Shown: positions 1 through 9,976, counted from the stretch's first letter. The stretch is 64,000 nt of DNA from Candidatus Omnitrophota bacterium (GCA_043803685.1 JAZDJU010000123.1:1-64000), one strand, 5' to 3'. Translations and numbers: made by a program. Notes: a model not told the origin generated them from the letters alone.

Positions 1-57
1 GACTCACTTCTCGTCCTCTACCTTCCAAGCTTTTGTCAAAAATTAATTTAGGAAGCT

Positions 58-131
58 TGCGCGGTAGAGGACTCGAACCTCTGACCTCTTCCATGTCAAG
101 GAAGCGTTCTAACCAACTGAACTAACCGCGC
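58..131 (-). tRNA. tRNA-Val(GAC)
   Basis: Reverse complement GCGCGGTTAGTTCAGTTGGTTAGAACGCTTCCTTGACATGGAAGAGGTCAGAGGTTCGAGTCCTCTACCGCGCA. 7-bp acceptor stem, D-loop, anticodon stem CTTCC/GGAAG around GAC, T-loop GTTCGAG. CCA is not encoded. Confidence 0.97.
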
Positions 132-183
132 ATATATGAAAAATCGCGTCATGAACTTACCACGGAAGGGATGAATTGCGAGG

Positions 184-212
184 ATTATAGGGGAGGTCGC
201 CCCCTAGTTCAA
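184..212 (-). promoter_or_regulatory. sigma70-type promoter for tRNA-Val
   Basis: Minus strand TTGAAC (212-207), 17-bp spacer, TATAAT (189-184), about 50 bp upstream of the tRNA. Confidence 0.7.
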
Positions 213-295
213 GGTCAAAAGCCCTAAAAAACAAATTCCTGACACCCCTCCATCCAGATAGATCCCCTTCTCCGGGAGTGGAACGATTCGAAAGA

Positions 296-901
296 TCAGG
301 CTCGTTTGAGATAATCCTGAAGAAGTGTCCGGAATTTCCCAAGAGCCTGCCCGCGGTGAGAAACGCTGTGTTTCATCTCAGCAGAAACTTCACCGAATGT
401 CTTGCCAAAGGGAGGATAGAAAAAAAGCGGATCATAACCAAACCCCCCGCTTCCGCTCAGTCCGCGAGCGATCTGTCCGTGCACCTGCCCTTTGACCACT
501 CCGATCAGCTTTCCCGGTTCGGCAAGCGCAATGGAAGATTCATAATAAGCCGCGCGCCGCCCCTGCGGCACATGGTTCATCATCGCGAGCAACTTCGAAT
601 TATTCGCGTCATCACTCCTGGATTCCCCACAAAAACGCGCGGAAAAAACCCCCGGCGCCCCGTCCAGGGCCTCGCAGCAGATTCCCGAGTCCTCTCCCAA
701 GGTCATAAGCCCCGTCTGTTCGGCATAGCCCAACGCCTTGATCCCAGCGTTTTCCTCGAAAGTCCGGCCGGTCTCTTCAACTTCCCTGATATCCGGAAAA
801 TCGCGAAGCGTCAAACACTCGACGGAAAGATCGCTCAGGATCTCCTGGATCTCTTTGAGTTTTTTCAGGTTCGCTGTGGCCAGCAAAAGCTTGGTGGTCA
901 T
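296..901 (-). CDS. rdgB: non-canonical purine NTP pyrophosphatase (HAM1/RdgB)
   Basis: [31 protein letters not shown] and SHRGQA motifs. The likely ATG at 901 overlaps the rph stop (ATGA). Confidence 0.95.
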   Translation of the reverse strand: MTTKLLLATANLKKLKEIQEILSDLSVECLTLRDFPDIREVEETGRTFEENAGIKALGYAEQTGLMTLGEDSGICCEALDGAPGVFSARFCGESRSDDANNSKLLAMMNHVPQGRRAAYYESSIALAEPGKLIGVVKGQVHGQIARGLSGSGGFGYDPLFFYPPFGKTFGEVSAEMKHSVSHRGQALGKFRTLLQDYLKRA

Positions 902-1614
902 GCGCCAATATGTTTTTTCTGGACCCCTGAAAGTTCGTGGATCCCTTTTTTGGCGAGCTTGAGCATTTGAAGAAGTTTCGCTTCCGTGAAAGGCGCTCCC
1001 TCGGCCGTCCCCTGAACCTCCACAAGTTTCCCGGAACCGGTCATCACGACATTCATATCCACTTCGGCTTTGGAATCTTCGACATAACAAAGATCGAGTA
1101 CCGGAGTCCCGCCTACCACCCCCACGCTGACCGCCGCCACAGAATCCAGGACGGGACTTTCCTTGAGTTTCCCGTCCGCGATAAGTTTCCGTACGGCATG
1201 CTCAAGCGCGATATAACACCCTGTGATCGAAGCCGTGCGCGTCCCGCCATCCCCCTGGATCACGTCCGCGTCGAGCCAGATCGTGCGTTCACCAAGCTTC
1301 TTAAGGTCCACGATCGAACGCAGACTGCGACCGATCAACCGCTGGATCTCTTGCGTGCGCCCTGACAGTTTTCCTTTCGAAGCTTCGCGCGTAATGCGCT
1401 CGTTACACGAAGCCGGGATCATACCGTATTCAGCCGTGACCCACCCTTTGCCTTCAGCCTTGCAGAAAAACGGGACCTTTTCCTCCACCGTTGCCGAGCA
1501 CAGGACTTTGGTATCTCCCATCTCGATCAAACAAGACCCATGAGCATTTTTGAGATATTTCGTACGTACGGTCACTTTACGAAGTTCATTACTTTTCCTC
1601 TGATCGACCCTCAT
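898..1614 (-). CDS. rph: ribonuclease PH
   Basis: [24 protein letters not shown] and [11 protein letters not shown] motifs; usual rph-rdgB pair. Confidence 0.97.
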   Translation of the reverse strand: MRVDQRKSNELRKVTVRTKYLKNAHGSCLIEMGDTKVLCSATVEEKVPFFCKAEGKGWVTAEYGMIPASCNERITREASKGKLSGRTQEIQRLIGRSLRSIVDLKKLGERTIWLDADVIQGDGGTRTASITGCYIALEHAVRKLIADGKLKESPVLDSVAAVSVGVVGGTPVLDLCYVEDSKAEVDMNVVMTGSGKLVEVQGTAEGAPFTEAKLLQMLKLAKKGIHELSGVQKKHIGA

Positions 1615-1624
1615 GATATTCCTC

Positions 1625-2338
1625 CTAGCGGATATTCAGTAATTTGTGGAGCTGGATCCCGACGCGGACGTCAGTGAGCCGTTTCGCCCCGATTCGTTGC
1701 AATTCATCCAAAAACCGCATAAGCCCAAGGTCCGGATAAGCTCTTTTCTTAACACTCAGTGGTTGTAAAAAAACCGGCGTTCTCGGCGCCACCTCCGCGA
1801 CCATATGAAGATGCTCTATGTATTCGCGTTTGTTAACGTCCCGGGAGATCACAACCTTGATGTAGATCTCTTTTTTTTTCGCGAGCCTGAGAAATTTCCT
1901 GTGCTCCGCGAGAAATCCTTTTTGACCCGTGACACTCGAAAGCTTCAGGTCCATGGCGATCACATCACATCCGTCGATAACCTTCGATAGCTGCTGCCAC
2001 AAAATACCGCTCGTCTCAAGAAGCACGCGATATTTTCTATTCTTAAGCGCCCGGTAAAGGGGCTTCAAAAAATCCGCATAAAGAAGCGGCTCCCCGCCCG
2101 TAAGACTTACACAGACGTGCGGCCCTGAACATCTCTCGAGTCTGGCCACTTCTCGGAGAACATCCGCGACCGACATCGTTTTTGCGGATTTACCGGCCTC
2201 ATCGCAATAGGCGCAATTCATGTGGCACGCTTCGAACCGGATAAATAGATGCCGCTCACCCATCCGCGGACCTTCGCCCTGGAGTGAGGAGAATATTTCG
2301 GTGATCTGTGCCCGCTTCTCAGTCAGAGAACGTGTCAT
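1625..2338 (-). CDS. queE: 7-carboxy-7-deazaguanine synthase (radical SAM)
   Basis: [24 protein letters not shown] and C-terminal QLHK; adjacent to queC. Confidence 0.92.
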   Translation of the reverse strand: MTRSLTEKRAQITEIFSSLQGEGPRMGERHLFIRFEACHMNCAYCDEAGKSAKTMSVADVLREVARLERCSGPHVCVSLTGGEPLLYADFLKPLYRALKNRKYRVLLETSGILWQQLSKVIDGCDVIAMDLKLSSVTGQKGFLAEHRKFLRLAKKKEIYIKVVISRDVNKREYIEHLHMVAEVAPRTPVFLQPLSVKKRAYPDLGLMRFLDELQRIGAKRLTDVRVGIQLHKLLNIR

Positions 2339-3006
2339 GAAGCAAGCAGCGGATCGAGGATCCCGGCTTCGCGAAAACCCTTGGCACGCAAAATGCAGGA
2401 ATCACAACTGCCGCAAGGTTTTGTGCCTCCGGAATAGCAGGACCAGGTCGATTCAAATGGAACGCCAAGTTTTTGTCCCCACAGAATGATATCTTTTTTG
2501 GTAAGACGAATCAGCGGAGTCTTGATCTCCACCTTGCGACCGCTCACCCCGTCCCGGGTTCCGAGCGTCACCGCATCGCCGAACGCTTCGATGTACTCCG
2601 GACGGCAATCAGGATAACCGCTGTAATCCAGCACATTGGCCCCAAAAAAGACCGCCTGGGCCTTTTCGGCTTCGGCGCAGGATATCGCCATGGAAAGAAA
2701 GATGCTGTTCCTCCCCGGCACGTACGTGACCGGGATCTCTCCAGACATGACCTTCTCATCGCGCCCTTTGGGAAGGTCGATCCCGCCATCCAGTAACGCG
2801 CTGCCCTTCCACGGCATATCCACCTCGGACACATAGTGAGGGATCCCGAGTTTTTTCGCCACATTGCGGGCAGCCGAAATCTCCCTCAGATGCCGTTGGC
2901 CGTATTCGATCGACAAAGCGATGGGGCTGTAGTCCTCGGAACGAGCGACATAAAGACTCACCGCCGAATCCAGTCCTCCGGAAAGAAGGCAAATGGCTTT
3001 TTTCAT
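2335..3006 (-). CDS. queC: 7-cyano-7-deazaguanine synthase
   Basis: SGGLDS PP-loop, YGQRH, TYVPGRN, DYSGYPDCR and SCY..CGSCDSC Zn site. Confidence 0.97.
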   Translation of the reverse strand: MKKAICLLSGGLDSAVSLYVARSEDYSPIALSIEYGQRHLREISAARNVAKKLGIPHYVSEVDMPWKGSALLDGGIDLPKGRDEKVMSGEIPVTYVPGRNSIFLSMAISCAEAEKAQAVFFGANVLDYSGYPDCRPEYIEAFGDAVTLGTRDGVSGRKVEIKTPLIRLTKKDIILWGQKLGVPFESTWSCYSGGTKPCGSCDSCILRAKGFREAGILDPLLAS

Positions 3007-3845
3007 GAGACTTTAACGAGCTTGACGATCTTCAGCTTTTCACCAAGGAAAGACTCTCCAATGCGCGTGAAATTACGAACATGGTCTGTCACAAAGATCT
3101 GAAGCGGAGCACGGCGTGCTTGCGTACAAAGAATACCCTTTTCGTGAAGCAGCGCTTTTAATCGAAGCGCAGTAGGAGCGGCGGAATCCACAAGCTTCAC
3201 TCGAGGCCCCATCACCTTGGCGATCACTTTTTCGAGCAAGGGGTAGTGCGTGCACCCGAGGATCAGCGTATCCACATTTTTCTTTTTGATGGGGATCAAA
3301 TATTTTCGCGCGGCTTCAAGAGCCACAGGACCGTCGAGCCAACCTTCTTCCGCGAGAGGCACAAAAAGCGGGCAGGGTTTTAAAAAATACTCCGCGTCAG
3401 GCGATCGCGCTTCGAGGCTCCGGGCATAGCTTCCACTCTCGATCGTGGCATAGGTGGCGATCACCCCGACACGGGAGTTACGCGTTTGCCGCAGGGCTTC
3501 CTCCACCGCGGGGCTGATCACATCCAGGACCGGGACCGGCAACATCTCGGAAAGATACTGGAAGGCGACACTCGAAGCGGAATTGCAGGCGATCACAAGC
3601 GCCTTGATCTTCTTTTTCAGGAGAAAGCGCGCGCAGTCGGTCGATAGCCTTCGGATCTCGTCGTTGGATTTCGTCCCATAAGGAAGGTGGGCCAGATCGC
3701 CCAAATACAGGATCTCTTCCGCGGGAAGGCGCCGACGCAATTCACGAACAACGGTCAGTCCTCCAAGGCCCGAATCAAAAACGCCGATGGGTGAGTTGGA
3801 CGACTGCCGTATTGCTTTTGATTTTTTCAGGGAACTATTTCGCAT
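3003..3845 (-). CDS. murI: glutamate racemase
   Basis: IGVFDSGLGGLTV, PYGTKS, ACNSAS and LGCTHYP. Start uncertain (ORF extends to 3878). Confidence 0.95.
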   Translation of the reverse strand: MRNSSLKKSKAIRQSSNSPIGVFDSGLGGLTVVRELRRRLPAEEILYLGDLAHLPYGTKSNDEIRRLSTDCARFLLKKKIKALVIACNSASSVAFQYLSEMLPVPVLDVISPAVEEALRQTRNSRVGVIATYATIESGSYARSLEARSPDAEYFLKPCPLFVPLAEEGWLDGPVALEAARKYLIPIKKKNVDTLILGCTHYPLLEKVIAKVMGPRVKLVDSAAPTALRLKALLHEKGILCTQARRAPLQIFVTDHVRNFTRIGESFLGEKLKIVKLVKVS

Positions 3846-3896
3846 ATTCAGGGATGGTCGATAACGGTGAATCTTCAAGACGCCTTCAAAATGGGG

Positions 3897-4964
3897 TCAG
3901 AGCACCGAGACCTTTTCCATAGCTTTCCGGATGCGGCGGAGCCCCTCTTCAATTTGACTGATATCGAGGGCGTAACTGAGGCGGATCCTGTCGGGGGCTC
4001 CAAACCATTCTCCAAGATATGTAATAACCTTGAAATCATTATAGAGAACGGACAGAAACTCCCTAGCATTCTTGCATTTCGGGAGCACATAGAACGCGCC
4101 CTCCGGCTTCCAAAGGTCAAAGCCGATGTCTACCAAACCTTTGTAGATATAATCCCGGCGCTCGCGCCATATCTGCTGCTGTTTCGCGATATATTCTTTG
4201 GGAGCTCTCATCGCGGAAAGTGCCATATCCTGCCCCACCAGATTCGTGTTCATCGACGTGTGCGTCTTCATCTCGCAGATATTCTCGACGATCTTTTTGT
4301 CAGAACTCCAAAGATATCCGACCCTAACACCGCACATACAATAAGTTTTTGAGAAAGAATTGACCGTGATCACATGATCGCCCTTAATGTGATAATTTTC
4401 GCGCTCATAAATAAGATCTTTATAGACCTCGTCGGAAACGACATAAACGCCAAGTTTTTGGGTGATTCGCTCGATCTCCTTCAACGTCTCGATCGCCTCG
4501 ACCCTTCCGGTCGGGTTCGATGGCGAGTTGATCAAAACGGCGCGGCAATCCTTAATCTTTCTATTAAAATCATCCAGATCGATCCGACCGTCCACAAGAT
4601 CCGTAAAAACAGGAACCATGCCCGCCAACTCGATGATCGGAAGATAGGAGTAATAATACGGCCGGGGGAGCAACACCTTCTCACCTTTGGACCACCCTCT
4701 AAAAATAAGGTCAAGGGCCTCAGAGGCTCCGTTCGTGATAACGAAATTATCCGCAGTAGAACCGGGATATTCCCGGGCCAGACTTTCACGCAGCTTGACC
4801 TCCCCCTGAATGAGTCCATAACGCAAATCGCGCGTAAGATCAATACCCTGGAAAGCTTCCGGAGGAGGAGGCAAGTCCGGTTGCCCTGAGCCAAAACTAA
4901 TTACGCCGTTCCCTTGTTTTCCGATAAAATCGGCGGGGCTTTTAAGTTTCAAGATTTCAGTCAT
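3897..4964 (-). CDS. PLP-dependent aminotransferase class I/II
   Basis: NSPSNPTG, SDEVY and SFSKTYCMCGVRVGY (PLP lysine). Confidence 0.92.
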   Translation of the reverse strand: MTEILKLKSPADFIGKQGNGVISFGSGQPDLPPPPEAFQGIDLTRDLRYGLIQGEVKLRESLAREYPGSTADNFVITNGASEALDLIFRGWSKGEKVLLPRPYYYSYLPIIELAGMVPVFTDLVDGRIDLDDFNRKIKDCRAVLINSPSNPTGRVEAIETLKEIERITQKLGVYVVSDEVYKDLIYERENYHIKGDHVITVNSFSKTYCMCGVRVGYLWSSDKKIVENICEMKTHTSMNTNLVGQDMALSAMRAPKEYIAKQQQIWRERRDYIYKGLVDIGFDLWKPEGAFYVLPKCKNAREFLSVLYNDFKVITYLGEWFGAPDRIRLSYALDISQIEEGLRRIRKAMEKVSVL

Positions 4965-5015
4965 ATTAAAATGCTAATGATCCTTTTCCCACAAAAAGTT
5001 CCCGAACATCCTAGC

Positions 5016-5133
5016 CTAGCATTGCCTTACATTCTGTTCATAAAGGGCGACAAGGCTTGCCCCAATCTCAGCTGCGCTTCGATTGATTGGCATTGGGACC
5101 CCTTCGTTAAAACTGATAAGAATGGGGACTAAG
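5016..5133. repeat. 118-bp modular hairpin element, inverted copy of 7463-7580
   Basis: Reverse complement matches 7463-7580 at 108/118 positions by manual count. Built from GCCTT..AAGGC and GCCCCAAT..ATTGGGAC hairpins. Confidence 0.9.
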
Positions 5134-5404
5134 ATTCGTCCTCATCCTCATCATGGCCCAACCCGCCTTCTTCGTCATCAATAATACAAAGGACTTCGTC
5201 TCGCTGAACGGTATCCCCATCATCAAAACAGACTTCTGCCAGAACCCCCGTCGCCGGCGCGGTGATCATCACCACCGAATCTTCGATCGCAAGCTCCACA
5301 AGATCATCCCCTTCGGCGACCTCGTCCCCTTCTTGAAAAAGCCAGGTCTTGACCATCGCTTCATCCACATTCTTCCCCAACCCCTTGGCCAACACTTCAA
5401 ACAT
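5129..5404 (-). CDS. stand-alone biotin/lipoyl-attachment-like domain protein lacking the canonical Lys
   Basis: W..QEGD.V.EGD.LVE....V.ITAP.TGVL..V....GD.V pattern; RBS AAGGAG before ATG 5404; downstream of lipA. Confidence 0.85.
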   Translation of the reverse strand: MFEVLAKGLGKNVDEAMVKTWLFQEGDEVAEGDDLVELAIEDSVVMITAPATGVLAEVCFDDGDTVQRDEVLCIIDDEEGGLGHDEDEDES

Positions 5405-5460
5405 TGCCGTCCTCTCCTTTCCCGATACCGCATCATATTTAAATTTAGGGCATGCGGTAT

Positions 5461-5629
5461 AGCACTTGATTTTCATTTATAAAAAATAATCGGAAATCAG
5501 TGCAGTCCCAATTCTTATCGATCGAAACAAAGTTGAGATTGGGGCAGCACTGACTACCCTTGATTTAAATTAAAGTCAGTGCAGCCCAAGTCGCCATTCG
5601 TAAAAGAAATAAAGACTTGGGCAGTACTG
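5461..5629. repeat. tandem array of ~37-43 nt hairpin modules
   Basis: AGCACTTGAT..ATCAGTGC / AGTCCCAAT..ATTGGGGC / AGCACTGAC..GTCAGTGC / AGCCCAAGTC..GACTTGGGC. The same modules recur at 9851-9976. Confidence 0.85.
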
Positions 5630-5662
5630 TTAACCCCCAAATTAATAATACAGAGAACAGGA

Positions 5663-6607
5663 TTAAATGCCCGTGCAGGTCTCGGTATTTCCACTCGTCT
5701 GAGCTTCACCGAGACCCGAGAATGTCTCCCGGGCGTGATAAGAACTCCTCACATACGCACCCGCCAAGACTTTTTCAAAACCCATGGCTCTCAGCTTCCG
5801 AGCCAGGTCCTGAAATTTCTCAGGCGAGACATACTCTTGAACTTCCAAACTTTGGAGTGTCGGTTGTAGATATTGACCTAGCGTCATCATACTCACCCCC
5901 ACCGATAAGAGATGCCGGCCCGTCTCGAGGATCTCCGGGACCGTTTCCCCGAGTCCCAACATCAAACCGCTCTTCGTGATCCTCTTCGGCGCCAATCTTT
6001 TGGCGATCTCAAGCGTTTTGAGCGAGCACTGATAATTCGCCTGGGGCCTGACCACGCGCTGCAACCGTTCCACCGTCTCAAGATTATGGTTAAAAACCTC
6101 GGGGCCCGCATCCACCACACAACGAACCAACTCTTCCCGGGAATGGAAATCTGGGGTCAGGACCTCCACCCGCGATTCGGGAATCTCTCGTTTGACAGCC
6201 CTCACGGTACAGGCATAATGCCCGGCGCCTTCATCCTCGAGATCGTCCCGGGTCACCGACGTCACCACGACATAACGCAATCCCAATTCCTTCGCTGCGA
6301 ATGCCACACGCTCTGGTTCATCACTGCGAAGGTTTTCGCCCGAACCATTCGGCACGGCGCAAAAACCGCACCGCCGGGTGCATGTACCGCCCAGGATCAT
6401 AAAAGTCGCCGTGTCCTCGGCATGACATTCATGACTGTTCGGACACATGGCGGCGCGACACACGGTGTTCAACTTGTATTTGTCCAAAATGGCATGGGTC
6501 TTCTGCGAAGAATTCTCGGGCAGCGAACGCCGCAACCAATCCGGAAAACGCCTCAAGGATCGCACAGGACCTCTTCTGGAAATATCTTTTTTCGGAAGAC
6601 CGTTCAA
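5663..6607 (-). CDS. lipA: lipoyl synthase
   Basis: CX4CX5C (CRAAMCPNSHEC), CTRRCGFC, FNHNLETV and RSSY. Confidence 0.97.
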   Translation of the reverse strand: MNGLPKKDISRRGPVRSLRRFPDWLRRSLPENSSQKTHAILDKYKLNTVCRAAMCPNSHECHAEDTATFMILGGTCTRRCGFCAVPNGSGENLRSDEPERVAFAAKELGLRYVVVTSVTRDDLEDEGAGHYACTVRAVKREIPESRVEVLTPDFHSREELVRCVVDAGPEVFNHNLETVERLQRVVRPQANYQCSLKTLEIAKRLAPKRITKSGLMLGLGETVPEILETGRHLLSVGVSMMTLGQYLQPTLQSLEVQEYVSPEKFQDLARKLRAMGFEKVLAGAYVRSSYHARETFSGLGEAQTSGNTETCTGI

Positions 6608-6622
6608 TAATAAAGACGCGTG

Positions 6623-6651
6623 TTTCTATCAGAAAGCATTGGGAGTGTCAA
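6623..6651 (-). promoter_or_regulatory. putative sigma70 promoter of lipA
   Basis: Minus strand TTGACA (6651-6646), 17-bp spacer, TAGAAA (6628-6623) preceded by TG. Confidence 0.5.
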
Positions 6652-6712
6652 GCTTCAAACATTGACTCCAAGCCTCCCCCAAAAAAGGCGTAAGTCATTA
6701 TCAAGACAAACC

Positions 6713-7375
6713 TTACTTTAAATACGGCGCAAGTAGTTTTTTAGGGATACCGATGTCCGCGACTTCGATTTCTCCCGCGCACTGAGGTCCCTCGCCGACA
6801 AAAAGTCCAGTCTTGGGCAAAGCTAGCGTGACCGTCATTGTCGCCCGCACAGCAACTCCATGGACCTGTCCGGTATCCGCATCCAGTCCGGAAGGAACAT
6901 CGATGCTCACGACTGGCCGCCGGCTACCATTGATCGCGAGAATAGCCCTCAAAAAAGAACCACTTACGGCACGATGGATCCCAATGCCAAAAATAGCATC
7001 GACCACCAACTCCGTTTTATTAAGTTGATCGGAAAGTTCCTCATCAGAAACCTCCCCTAGCTGAGCCCAGGGAATGCCCATTTTTTTGAGGATGGAGAAA
7101 TTCAGGAGAGAGTCCGTAGGAAGTCCCGCAGGGTTCTCCATAAGAACCACATACACGGAATAGCCGCGATTGAAAAGGTGTCTCGCCACGACGAACCCGT
7201 CGCCGCCGTTATTCCCTTTTCCTGAAAAGATCAGAACCCTGCAGGGTTTATATTTCAGCGAAATGATATCGCTGACGCTCCGTCCGGCGTTTTCCATAAG
7301 GAGGAGACTCGGCATGCCACAATCACGGAATGCGGAGTGTTCGATCTTCCGCATCTCTTCAGTCCCGATATTCAT
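6713..7375 (-). CDS. nnrE: NAD(P)H-hydrate epimerase (stand-alone YjeF N-terminal domain)
   Basis: LMENAG, GKGNNGGDG, DAIFGIG, DVPSG and DIGIP. Confidence 0.92.
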   Translation of the reverse strand: MNIGTEEMRKIEHSAFRDCGMPSLLLMENAGRSVSDIISLKYKPCRVLIFSGKGNNGGDGFVVARHLFNRGYSVYVVLMENPAGLPTDSLLNFSILKKMGIPWAQLGEVSDEELSDQLNKTELVVDAIFGIGIHRAVSGSFLRAILAINGSRRPVVSIDVPSGLDADTGQVHGVAVRATMTVTLALPKTGLFVGEGPQCAGEIEVADIGIPKKLLAPYLK

Positions 7376-7462
7376 AGCGGATAGAAGCAAGAAGGAATCG
7401 CGCTACTGCGATGCACGAACATTCGCGGACGCCCCTTCCTTCGCTGTCGATTTACAAAGAAG

Positions 7463-7580
7463 CTTAGTCCCAATTCTTATCAATTTTAACAAAGGGGTCC
7501 CAATACCAATCAATCGAAGCACCGCTGAGATTGGGGCAAGACTTGTCGCCCTTTAAGAACAGAATGTAAGACAAGGCTAG
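7463..7580. repeat. 118-bp modular hairpin element, inverted copy of 5016-5133
   Basis: About 92% identical to the reverse complement of 5016-5133. Confidence 0.9.
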
Positions 7581-9706
7581 TCCATATCGAAGGTTGGGGA
7601 ATCTGGACCTCGGGTCAGCGGAGATTTCAGATTGGATTTTTTCTCGCTATCAAGCACCACAGCCTCGCTCCCGAGAAATAGTATCAATTTCTGAAGACCT
7701 TGCCGAACAGTATCGATCCCGCGGATCCACTCGCCGAGCTCTCGTGCCGCAGCAGCATTTTTCCGGTCCACACGACTCCGGTAGCGGCGATGCTCTTCCT
7801 CATACTTGGCCAACCGGACCTCTTGATCGACAAGCTTCGCGTCATATTCCTGCCGGATCGTCGCTCGTTCGCGAGCAAGTTGCGCGTGCTCCTGGCGCAT
7901 CGATTCGTACCCTTGCGCTTTTTCGGCAAGCTCCATGATCTGCTTTTCGAATTGAGCGAGCGCGTTGTCACGGAATTTCAGGGACTCCGTCATCTCCCTA
8001 AGATCCCCTTCCAAAGCCTCGACCTTTCTGGAAAGTTCTTCCTCGCGGTTCCGGAGAGTCGAGATCTCACGTTGAGTTTCCGACACCACTCGCTCCGACT
8101 TCTGGGAAATATCGTCTTTTTGTTGGATCAATTGTTCGACTGCGGAAGATTTATGCGTCAGATTCGTCTCAAGCTCGCGCACCTTCTCGTGCAAAGCAGC
8201 GGCTTTGGACTTCCACTCATCACCTTCCCGAACCAAAGCTTCGTGCCGCTGGAGCTCTTTTTGAAGATCTTCATAGGCCTTGGCGCCTTCGCCGCTCTTT
8301 TTTCTTTCAGCCTCGACCTGTTGAGCCATTTGCTCAACGGTGGTGGCCTTTTGCATCAGATTCGTCTCAAGCTCGCGCACCTTCTCGTCCAAAGAAGCAG
8401 CCTTTGCGCGCCACTCATCACCTTCCCGCATCAAGGCTTCGCGCCGATCAGCCTCTTTCTGAAGTTCTTCAGCGGCCTTCTTGGCAGTCTCTTCGCTCTT
8501 TTTCTTTTCCTCCTCGATCTGTTGCATCATTTGCTCGACCGTAGAGGCTTTTTGGACTAAATGAGTTTCAAGCTCATTCACTTTTCCGCCCAAAGATTCC
8601 GCCCTCGAACGCCATTCATCCCCATCCCGCGTCAGAGCCTCGTGCTTCTCGGCCCCCTTTTGAAGACTTTCTTGTGCGAGTCTAGCAATCTCATCGTTCC
8701 TCTTCTTTTCCTCTTCGAGCTTCTTCTGATACTCATCCTTCACCCGTATTTCCTCTTCGAGCTTCTTTTGATACTCATCCTTCGCCCGCTTTTCCTCTTC
8801 GAGCTTCTTCTGATATTCATCCTTCGCCCGCATTTCCTCTTCGAGCTTCTTCTGATATTCATGCTTCGTCTTCATTTCCTCTTCGAGCTTCAGCTGAAAT
8901 TCATTTTTCGTCTTCTCAGCTGCTTCAGTGTGCTGCACGTGCAGCTCCTGTTTCTCTTCATGGAATTTCCTCAGCTTTTCATTCAATTCTTTTGCGCGCC
9001 GCTCCCACTCCGTATCCACTTCAACCGCGGGAGCATCCGCCGGCTTTTCTTCGAAGAGCGGTTGCAAAGGAATGATCGCGGCAGGTTCCTCGACGGGCTT
9101 GGCCGGAAAAGGTTCTGCCTGCGGAATGATCGCCGGGGTCTCTTCCGGGGATCCCAAAAAAGGCGCCTGGATATTAGGCAAAACGGGAGGAACATCTTTA
9201 TCGAGAACAACCGCTTTCGGGACCTCGGGGACTCTGGATTCTTCAGACTTCGGCGTCTCACGAACTTTAGGCTCTTCCGGTTTCGTCTCATGGCTGACGG
9301 TTTTCTTTCCTGGGAACTGGAATATGCCTCCCTTCGTCTTCTCCTTCTTATCCTGAGCAGGCGCTTCCGAAGGTCCTGTTTCATTTTTCATAAAAAAGGA
9401 AAGATCCGGGGTCTGCGGCCAAACGATCTGAAAGCAATTCTTCTTGATCATGTCATGGTTCGTGGTTTCCGCGACGGCTCCGAGGGTTTGGAAAAATTTC
9501 TTGATACGCGCGGCAAGTCCGAAAGAGAGATTGTCCACAAGGATAAGCGGCATGTTTGACAGGATCTGCTCGGCATCGCGCTTCTCGACCTCAAAGATCT
9601 CCTCAAGGCGTTTGACGATCTCTCGCTTGTTCTTGGAAGGAACCGACTGGAGCACCACGCCCCAATCTTCGGAGGCGTGGGTGGATCTAGAATCGTTCAT
9701 GGCCAT
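7577..9706 (-). CDS. hypothetical protein: L7/L12-CTD-like N-terminal domain, Pro-rich linker, long coiled coil with internal repeats
   Basis: 709-aa ORF with RBS AAGG. E/K/Q-rich heptad region with repeated EYQKKLEEE and REGDEW..KA..L.EKVRELETNL units. Confidence 0.85.
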   Translation of the reverse strand: MAMNDSRSTHASEDWGVVLQSVPSKNKREIVKRLEEIFEVEKRDAEQILSNMPLILVDNLSFGLAARIKKFFQTLGAVAETTNHDMIKKNCFQIVWPQTPDLSFFMKNETGPSEAPAQDKKEKTKGGIFQFPGKKTVSHETKPEEPKVRETPKSEESRVPEVPKAVVLDKDVPPVLPNIQAPFLGSPEETPAIIPQAEPFPAKPVEEPAAIIPLQPLFEEKPADAPAVEVDTEWERRAKELNEKLRKFHEEKQELHVQHTEAAEKTKNEFQLKLEEEMKTKHEYQKKLEEEMRAKDEYQKKLEEEKRAKDEYQKKLEEEIRVKDEYQKKLEEEKKRNDEIARLAQESLQKGAEKHEALTRDGDEWRSRAESLGGKVNELETHLVQKASTVEQMMQQIEEEKKKSEETAKKAAEELQKEADRREALMREGDEWRAKAASLDEKVRELETNLMQKATTVEQMAQQVEAERKKSGEGAKAYEDLQKELQRHEALVREGDEWKSKAAALHEKVRELETNLTHKSSAVEQLIQQKDDISQKSERVVSETQREISTLRNREEELSRKVEALEGDLREMTESLKFRDNALAQFEKQIMELAEKAQGYESMRQEHAQLARERATIRQEYDAKLVDQEVRLAKYEEEHRRYRSRVDRKNAAAARELGEWIRGIDTVRQGLQKLILFLGSEAVVLDSEKKSNLKSPLTRGPDSPTFDMD
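8708..8905. repeat. coding 42-bp tandem repeat (~4.7 copies)
   Basis: TTCCTCTTCGAGCTTC at 8708, 8750, 8792, 8834 and 8876; encodes 14-aa EYQKKLEEExxxKD units. Confidence 0.92.
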
Positions 9707-9850
9707 AGCCTTTGCCTTTCCTTTCGAGTTAACATTCCGGCATTGATGATCTAAAACCCCAGAAAACTTGGCACTTCCTTCATCGACTTTAAGAGAAAGA
9801 CTTAAGCAACCCCAGTTCTCAAATTAAAAAGATTAACGGTTAACCAGGTT

Positions 9851-9976
9851 AGCCCAAGTCGCCAATTATCAAAAGAAATAAAGACTTGGGCAAGCACTTG
9901 ATTTATCATCCAAAAATTATAAGGAAATCAGTGCAGTCCAAGTCACCCTTCATAAAACAAAATAAAGACTTGGGCA
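9851..9976. repeat. tandem hairpin modules (same family as 5461-5629)
   Basis: AGCCCAAGTCGCCA..AAAGAAATAAAGACTTGGGC, AGCACTTGATTT..GGAAATCAGTGC, AGTCCAAGTC..AATAAAGACTTGGGC. Confidence 0.85.

Noticed and set aside
58..131. tRNA as an integration site for an island in this window
   Set aside because: Its 3' side points out of the window, and I saw no integrase or duplicated tRNA end.
1625..3006. queC/queE as a 7-deazaguanine DNA-modification or QatC-type defence system, or under a preQ1 riboswitch
   Set aside because: Canonical sizes within a housekeeping operon, no dpdA-like gene, and queC overlaps murI so it has no leader.
5461..5629. Possible CRISPR array or integron attC array
   Set aside because: No constant repeat with unique spacers, no cas or integrase gene in the window, and no attC end motifs.
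8708..8905. 42-bp periodic repeat as CRISPR
   Set aside because: Contiguous in-frame coding repeat without spacers.
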